A stretch of 32,142 nucleotides of DNA from Clostridia bacterium (lineage in GTDB: Bacteria > CBDUZB01 > JAGLHV01): contig DAOVVV010000028.1 of NCBI GenBank assembly GCA_030637025.1, forward strand, positions 1-32,142, given 5' to 3'. Made by a program: the position numbers and the translations under genes. A model generated the notes under the pieces. It was not told the DNA's origin. It did no database searches and saw only the letters and a list, made by a program, of their open reading frames with translations. This document shows, piece by piece, positions 26,511-32,142 of the stretch. Every line of letters begins with the position of its first letter. Within the stretch, counting starts at the first letter, position 1.

Positions 26511-27962
26511 ATGACCAGCGAATCTATGAATGGATTAAAAGAAATCGGAAAATATAAATGGCTTATTACCCAAAGAGATGGTATGCGGGTAAAAGGCATA
26601 ATTTATGCCGATAAAAAATTACTAAAGTCTATTTGTCAGGATAAAGCCCCCCAGCAGGTAATTAATGTAGCCGCTTTGCCCGGTATTGTTAAATATTCTT
26701 TGGCTATGCCTGATATCCATTGGGGATATGGTTTTTGTATCGGCGGCGTAGCGGCAATGGATTATGAAACAGGGGTTATTTCTCCGGGTGGGATTGGCTA
26801 TGATATTAATTGTGGAGTCAGATTAATAAGAACTAATTTAGAGCAGAAAGATATTCAGAAGAAAGTATCGGATTTGATTTTTTCTTTATTCAATAATATT
26901 CCCAGTGGGGTGGGGTTTACCGGCAGAATAAAACTTAATAAACAGGAAGTAAGCAAAGTTCTGGAAAAAGGAGCTAAATGGGCGGTAGACAGAGGTATGG
27001 GAGAACAAACAGATATTGAACATACGGAAAACAAAGGGTGTATGCAGGAAGCCGATGCCGGCAAGGTGAGTCAGAGGGCTTTGGAAAGAGGAAGGGAACA
27101 GTTAGGAACTTTAGGAGCAGGAAATCATTTTCTGGAAATTCAGGTGGTTGATCAGGTTTACGAACCTGATATTGCCCGGAATTTTGGTTTGGAAGAAGGG
27201 CAGATTGTGGTAATGATTCATACCGGTTCACGAGGTTTAGGGTATCAGGTTTGTGATGATTATTTAAGGGTGATGAATGACGCGGTACGAAAATACGCAA
27301 TTCAATTGCCGGACCGGCAGCTTGCCTGCGCTCCTTTAAAATCTCCGGAGGGGATAAATTATTTTCAGGCAATGTCAGCCGCGGCCAATTATGCCTGGGC
27401 CAATAGACAATGTATAACCCATTGGACCAGAGAAACATTTCAGCATGTGTTAGGTTTATCGATGAGGGATTTAGGGATGGAATTAGTTTATGATGTAGCT
27501 CATAATATTGGAAAAATTGAAGAGCATTTAGTAGATGGACGAAAGAAAAAATTGTGTGTTCATCGCAAAGGAGCAACCAGGGCGTTACCCGCAGAGCATC
27601 ACGATTTGCCCGATGTTTATAAAAAAGTTGGCCAACCTGTGCTTATTCCGGGAACAATGGGTACGCATTCTTTTGTTTTGGTGGGAACACCGGGAGCAAT
27701 GGAGCAAACATGGGGAAGCACCTGTCATGGAAGCGGCCGGGTAATGAGCAGGACCCAGGCTTTAAAGCAGGTTTCCGGTCATAAATTACAACAACAGCTG
27801 GCTAAAGAAGGAATTGTTGTTCGGGCAAGAAAAATTAAAACCCTCGCTGAGGAAGCCCCTCTTGCTTATAAAGATGTAGATGCGGTAGTTAATGTTTGCC
27901 ACCAGGCAGGTATTTCTAAAAAAGTAGCCCGCCTAAAACCTTTAGGAGTAATAAAGGGATAA
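26511..27962 (+). CDS. rtcB: RNA-splicing/repair ligase RtcB (archaeal/eukaryote-like long type)
   Basis: MPDIHWGYGFCIGG, GYDINCG, GTLGAGNHFLE, HTGSRG, DVAHN, HRKGAT, PGTMG, CHGSGR, EEAP.AYK. Confidence 0.97.
   Translation: MTSESMNGLKEIGKYKWLITQRDGMRVKGIIYADKKLLKSICQDKAPQQVINVAALPGIVKYSLAMPDIHWGYGFCIGGVAAMDYETGVISPGGIGYDINCGVRLIRTNLEQKDIQKKVSDLIFSLFNNIPSGVGFTGRIKLNKQEVSKVLEKGAKWAVDRGMGEQTDIEHTENKGCMQEADAGKVSQRALERGREQLGTLGAGNHFLEIQVVDQVYEPDIARNFGLEEGQIVVMIHTGSRGLGYQVCDDYLRVMNDAVRKYAIQLPDRQLACAPLKSPEGINYFQAMSAAANYAWANRQCITHWTRETFQHVLGLSMRDLGMELVYDVAHNIGKIEEHLVDGRKKKLCVHRKGATRALPAEHHDLPDVYKKVGQPVLIPGTMGTHSFVLVGTPGAMEQTWGSTCHGSGRVMSRTQALKQVSGHKLQQQLAKEGIVVRARKIKTLAEEAPLAYKDVDAVVNVCHQAGISKKVARLKPLGVIKG
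27920..27936 (+). repeat. 17-bp direct repeat, left copy (inside the rtcB 3' end)
   Basis: AAAAGTAGCCCGCCTAA, identical to 30196-30212. Confidence 0.85.
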
Positions 27963-28118
27963 CTAATTCGTACAAGAAAATTTTTCTGTTGATTTTCTAC
28001 TTAAAAATATGATATTTTAGAGAAAAAAGTAAGCATAATAAATTACCTAAAAAAATTGGTTTATTAGTGATTAGATTAAAAAAATATTATAAATTTGACT
28101 TATAAATGGAGAAAAAAA

Positions 28119-28307
28119 ATGACAAATAAAAAGTATGCCCCGGTAAAATTAGTAATGATAGGTTTGATTTTTATTTTATCTTTTACTGTGATGTAAGGAG
28201 CAACTTGGAATATATTTATAAGAAGTTTTAGTTTTACGGGTAATATGTTAAGTGTAATTGTTTTATGCAATGTAGCTTATAAGAAAGGATTAGAAAAAAA
28301 CAGGTAA
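28119..28307 (+). pseudogene. Possible small protein or remnant of a secreted-protein gene
   Basis: RBS GGAGA, then MTNKKYAPVKLVMIGLIFILSFTVM* (stop ends at 28196). The frame stays open for 36 more codons (GATWNIFI...). Confidence 0.3.
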
Positions 28308-28364
28308 CAATATACTTTATTTTGTAGAACTCTTATAAATTCTAGAACTAAAGGAAATAAAGGA

Positions 28365-30197
28365 ATGGAATTAAAAAAAGAACTTACTCTTTTAAATGTT
28401 TTCTGTATTGCGACAGGGGCAATGATTAGTTCCGGGTTGTTTATTTTGCCGGGGTTAGCTTTTGCTAAGGCGGGTCCTTCAGTAATTCTTTCTTATGCTA
28501 TAGCAGGAATATTTTGTCTTCCTACTCTTTTAAGTATGGCAGAACTGACAACTGCTATGCCTAAAGCCGGAGGTGATTATTTCTATATAATGAGAGGATT
28601 CGGTCCTCTTTTCGGGACTATTGCTGGGTTTTGTACGTGGTTTTCTCTGAGTTTAAAAGGTTCTTTTGCATTATTGGGTATGGGCGCTTACTTGAGTATA
28701 ATAACCCCTTTGCCTTTAAATGTTATTGCCCTTTATTGTTGTCTGTTTTTTATTATATTAAATTTAATAGGTGTAAAAGAGGCAGGAAACTTACAGTCAT
28801 TTCTAGTAGTAGGACTTATAGGGATACTTGTGGGGTATATTGCTTTTGGTACTACCAAGGTTGATTTGGGAAATTTTTCTCCGTTTTTTGCCAATGGATT
28901 CAATGCTATGTTTGCTACGGCCAGCTTTGTTTTTATCTCTTACGGCGGATTGACTAAGGTTGCAGCATTAGCCGAGGAGATAAAGAATCCGGGGAGAGTG
29001 TTACCCTTAGGCATGATTCTTTCTATTGGGATAACTTCTGTTTTATATGCCGTGGTTATTTTTGTGACAATAGGGGTTTCGGATGCGGCAAATTTAAAAA
29101 CAACTGTTACTCCTATCTCTGATGCTGCGGGAATTTTTGGAGGAAATTTTTTAAAAATAATAATAAGCGTAGGTGCATTTTTAGCCTTTATTTCAACTGC
29201 TAACGCAGGGATTATGACTGCTTCCCGCTATCCTTTGGGGATGAGTAGAGATAAGCTTTTACCTTCGGCTTTTCAAAAGATTAGTAAAAGATTTAAAACA
29301 CCTTATATATCTATTCTTTTTACGGGGTTTTTTATGATTGTATCTATTATGGTATTAAGATTAGATTTATTAGTCAAGGTTGCTTCCAGTGTGTTAATTT
29401 TACTTTATATTTTTGCCAACCTGACTTTAATTGTATTTAGGGAAAGTAAAATTCTGAGTTACAAACCAAAATTTTACGCTCCTTTCTACCCTTATTTGCA
29501 AGTTTTAGGGGTGTTAGGGGGAATATTTCTTTTGATAGAAATGGGAACGGTAATTGTTTTTATGACTACGATACTTCTTCTGTTGGGATTTTGTTGGTAT
29601 AAAATTTATGCACAGAAGAGAGCAGCGCAAAACTCAGCACTCATATATGTTTTAGAACACCTGGTGGCGAAGGATAAAGAATTAGCATCAGGAAATCTGC
29701 TTACTGAATTAAAAGAAATCGTTATTAAGCGGGAAGGGCTTATTGAGGAGAAGTTCGGTAAGCTTGTTGAGGGAAGTAAGGTTTTAGATATAAAAGAACC
29801 TATAAAAATGGAAGATTTTTTTAAAGAAATTTCAGGGTTTTTGCATAAAGACCTGAATCTAAGTGAGAAAAAGATATTTGATAAATTTATGGATAGGGAA
29901 AGAGAATCAAGCACTGTAATAGCAAAGGGGTTGGCTATCCCTCATATTTTCGTTAGCGGAAAAAATGAGGATAAACTTATTTTGGTTCGGGCAAGAACAG
30001 GGATTATTTTTCCCCAAGATCAATTAGTGCATATTGCCTTTGTGCTTGTGGGTACTGTTGGTGAGCGCGTTTTACATTTGAAAATTTTAGCTGCTATTGC
30101 CCAGATTACCCATAATCCTGACTTTAAAGATAAATGGTTTGAAGCAAAAAACGAGGAAGAATTAAAGCACCTTATTCTTTTAGCAGAAAAAAAGTAA
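28365..30197 (+). CDS. APC-family amino acid permease fused to a PTS EIIA (Ntr/fructose-mannitol type) domain
   Basis: GAMISSGLFILPG, AELTTAMPKAGG, AEEIKNP, about 12 TM helices. C-terminal RERESSTVIAKGLAIPH. Confidence 0.92.
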   Translation: MELKKELTLLNVFCIATGAMISSGLFILPGLAFAKAGPSVILSYAIAGIFCLPTLLSMAELTTAMPKAGGDYFYIMRGFGPLFGTIAGFCTWFSLSLKGSFALLGMGAYLSIITPLPLNVIALYCCLFFIILNLIGVKEAGNLQSFLVVGLIGILVGYIAFGTTKVDLGNFSPFFANGFNAMFATASFVFISYGGLTKVAALAEEIKNPGRVLPLGMILSIGITSVLYAVVIFVTIGVSDAANLKTTVTPISDAAGIFGGNFLKIIISVGAFLAFISTANAGIMTASRYPLGMSRDKLLPSAFQKISKRFKTPYISILFTGFFMIVSIMVLRLDLLVKVASSVLILLYIFANLTLIVFRESKILSYKPKFYAPFYPYLQVLGVLGGIFLLIEMGTVIVFMTTILLLLGFCWYKIYAQKRAAQNSALIYVLEHLVAKDKELASGNLLTELKEIVIKREGLIEEKFGKLVEGSKVLDIKEPIKMEDFFKEISGFLHKDLNLSEKKIFDKFMDRERESSTVIAKGLAIPHIFVSGKNEDKLILVRARTGIIFPQDQLVHIAFVLVGTVGERVLHLKILAAIAQITHNPDFKDKWFEAKNEEELKHLILLAEKK

Positions 30198-30212
30198 AAG
30201 TAGCCCGCCTAA
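30196..30212 (+). repeat. 17-bp direct repeat, right copy
   Basis: AAAAGTAGCCCGCCTAA overlapping the permease stop codon. Confidence 0.85.
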
Positions 30213-30225
30213 TTTGATTTCTGTT

Positions 30226-30444
30226 TTATTTTTTCCCTCTCTTTCTGATAATAAGCCCGTTTAAAAAACGTCTTAAAATTTGGTCACCGCATTCTTTATA
30301 ATTTTTGTGGTCCTCTCTTCTAAAAAGAGCAGACAGTTCCGATTTTGAAATTTCAAAATCTGCAAGTTTTAAAATTTCAATTATATCGGTATCTTTAAGA
30401 CTCAATGCGATTCTAAGTTTTTTTAATATATCATTATTAGTCAT
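30226..30444 (-). CDS. DUF1456 family (YehS-like) small protein
   Basis: MTNNDILKKLRIAL...CGDQILRRFLNGLI signature. Confidence 0.88.
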   Translation of the reverse strand: MTNNDILKKLRIALSLKDTDIIEILKLADFEISKSELSALFRREDHKNYKECGDQILRRFLNGLIIRKRGKK

Positions 30445-30474
30445 TATTCTTTTCCAGTAGAATGTATTAAGTGT

Positions 30475-32142
30475 CTATTTTTTACCTTTAAAATCTTCTA
30501 AAATTACATATAAAGAAGGAATCATAAAAAGGGTAATAATAGTAGCAAACATTAATCCCCAGCTAAAAGCTAAAGACATAGGAGAGAGCATTTTTTCATA
30601 TCCTCCCCATCCGTAAGCCATAGGAATTAAACCGGCCAGGGTAGTCAAGGTAGTTAAAAGAATAGGCCGGAGACGGGATTTAGCGTTAAGCGAAATAAAT
30701 TCATAAAACTCTGACTTAGTTTTTGTTCCTGAGGTTTTATTTTTTAATGCCTTATTTAATGTGTTTACCATTACAATAGAATCGTTTACTACTATCCCGG
30801 AAAGACTTATCAGGGCTAATAAGACAAACATAGAAATATTTTGTCCATGAAGAAATAAAGCAGTAATAATTCCAATTACCTCAAAGGGAATAATTGACAT
30901 AATAAGCAGAGGTTGGGTTAAAGAATCAAACATAATTGCAATCGTGCAAAAAATCAAAAGAAGCGATAAAAGAATAGCAATTTTTATCCCGCCCATAATG
31001 TCTTTAGTATCCTGTGCTTCACCGCCTATTACTATTTCCAGGTTGTCCGGTTTTTCCCAGGAAGTTAAAAGATTGGTTTTTATATATTCTGCTGATTCTA
31101 AAGCGGTTATTTTTTTAGGGTTTACTTCTGCCGTAATAGTAGTGCTGCGGAGGCCGTTACGATGGTAGACTGCTAAATCTGCTTTTCTGGTGGTATACTT
31201 AATAAAACTTTTTAAATTTATTAATGCCCCTTCTTTATTTTTTATGCCCAGAGAATTAATGACTTTTTCATTTTTACGGCTTTGCTTATTTAAAATTAAG
31301 CGATATTCAATTTCTTCCTCAACGGTTCTTATCGAGGTAACGATAATTCCATCAAAAGCAATCTTAAGGGTTTGAGCTACATCAGCAGTAGATATGCCTA
31401 AAGAAGCCATTTTTCTATGGTTTAGATTAACGACTAATTCGTCCTTACCGTCTTTATGGTCACTATCAATATCGGATACCCCCATTTTTTTCATTTTTGA
31501 GAGGAAAGAGATAATTTTTTCTTCTGCGGTGGTACGGATGTCATTATTGTTAGAAAGAACATGAATAGTTATCGGTTTTTTATTTATTGGACCTATTTTC
31601 TTCTTGTCGAAAATTATTTTAGTTTCCGGGGGTAATTTTATTTTTTTTCTTAATTCTTTAATAATCATCCCTGCGGTTCTTTCCCTTTTGGTATCAGAGG
31701 TGAGAAAAACGGAAATAATTGCCCAGTTTTCATGGTCTCCGAAATTTTTTGTTTTAGAAGTTGAATGATGTCCGATACGGGAAGTATAGGCCAGTAATTC
31801 TTTTTCCGGCAAAGAAGCGATTACTTTTTCTATTTGGATAACTGTTTTTTCTGTTTCAGTTATACTTTGGTTTTTAGTTCCTTCTACTCTAATGTAGAAA
31901 GTATCAATCCCTGATTGTGGAAACATTTGAAATTTTAAGTAAGATTTGGCTAATACCATCATAGATACTAAAATAAGCATAAAAAAAACAAGGAAAAAAT
32001 ACCTGGCTTTTATAAATTTATACAATAATTTCTGATAATAATTTTCTATAGTAATTAACCATACTGGTTTCTTTTTAATTTTGCTTTTTCCGTGGCTTAA
32101 ATGATTGGGTAAAACAAAAAAACATTCAAACAAAGAAATTAA
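30475..32142 (-). CDS. RND efflux permease (AcrB/AcrD/AcrF family), 5'-truncated by the window edge
   Basis: GIVVNDSIVMV, SRLRPILLTTLTTLAGLIP, TLFMIPSLY. The frame is open to base 32142. Confidence 0.93.
   Translation of the reverse strand, partial: LISLFECFFVLPNHLSHGKSKIKKKPVWLITIENYYQKLLYKFIKARYFFLVFFMLILVSMMVLAKSYLKFQMFPQSGIDTFYIRVEGTKNQSITETEKTVIQIEKVIASLPEKELLAYTSRIGHHSTSKTKNFGDHENWAIISVFLTSDTKRERTAGMIIKELRKKIKLPPETKIIFDKKKIGPINKKPITIHVLSNNNDIRTTAEEKIISFLSKMKKMGVSDIDSDHKDGKDELVVNLNHRKMASLGISTADVAQTLKIAFDGIIVTSIRTVEEEIEYRLILNKQSRKNEKVINSLGIKNKEGALINLKSFIKYTTRKADLAVYHRNGLRSTTITAEVNPKKITALESAEYIKTNLLTSWEKPDNLEIVIGGEAQDTKDIMGGIKIAILLSLLLIFCTIAIMFDSLTQPLLIMSIIPFEVIGIITALFLHGQNISMFVLLALISLSGIVVNDSIVMVNTLNKALKNKTSGTKTKSEFYEFISLNAKSRLRPILLTTLTTLAGLIPMAYGWGGYEKMLSPMSLAFSWGLMFATIITLFMIPSLYVILEDFKGKK

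Noticed and set aside
26974-27576. 200-aa antisense ORF and the other short shadow ORFs in the track
   Set aside because: They lie within well-supported genes and have no recognisable motifs or RBS.

Overview
AT-rich window from a diderm bacterium. The PorV-like barrel with TPRs, the FlgD/T9SS-like C-terminal domain and the pilin style suggest Elusimicrobia or a related candidate phylum (inference). Bases 1-26129 form a single-strand glycan-utilisation locus without SusC/SusD genes. It encodes three CBM-like proteins, a beta-propeller cargo with a PorV-TPR partner, a predicted outer-membrane barrel, ABC permeases and a lipoprotein SBP, an embedded type IV pilin, two GH35 enzymes, a GH-A (GH2/GH158-like) enzyme, a GH94 phosphorylase, and a signal-peptide-less SBP next to a soluble GAF-GAF-GGDEF cyclase. 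After it come rtcB, an APC permease-PTS EIIA fusion bracketed by a 17-bp direct repeat of the rtcB 3' end, DUF1456 and a partial RND gene. The intergenic DNA is highly structured: a MITE family with TIRs, TSDs and nested mini-palindromes; an A-B-A palindromic element present twice; and a mosaic array of different 7-10 nt tandem repeats joined by AAAGAC/AAAAAC linkers. No tRNA, rRNA, CRISPR array, transposase or integrase was seen. Family assignments come from motif recognition, not database searches.
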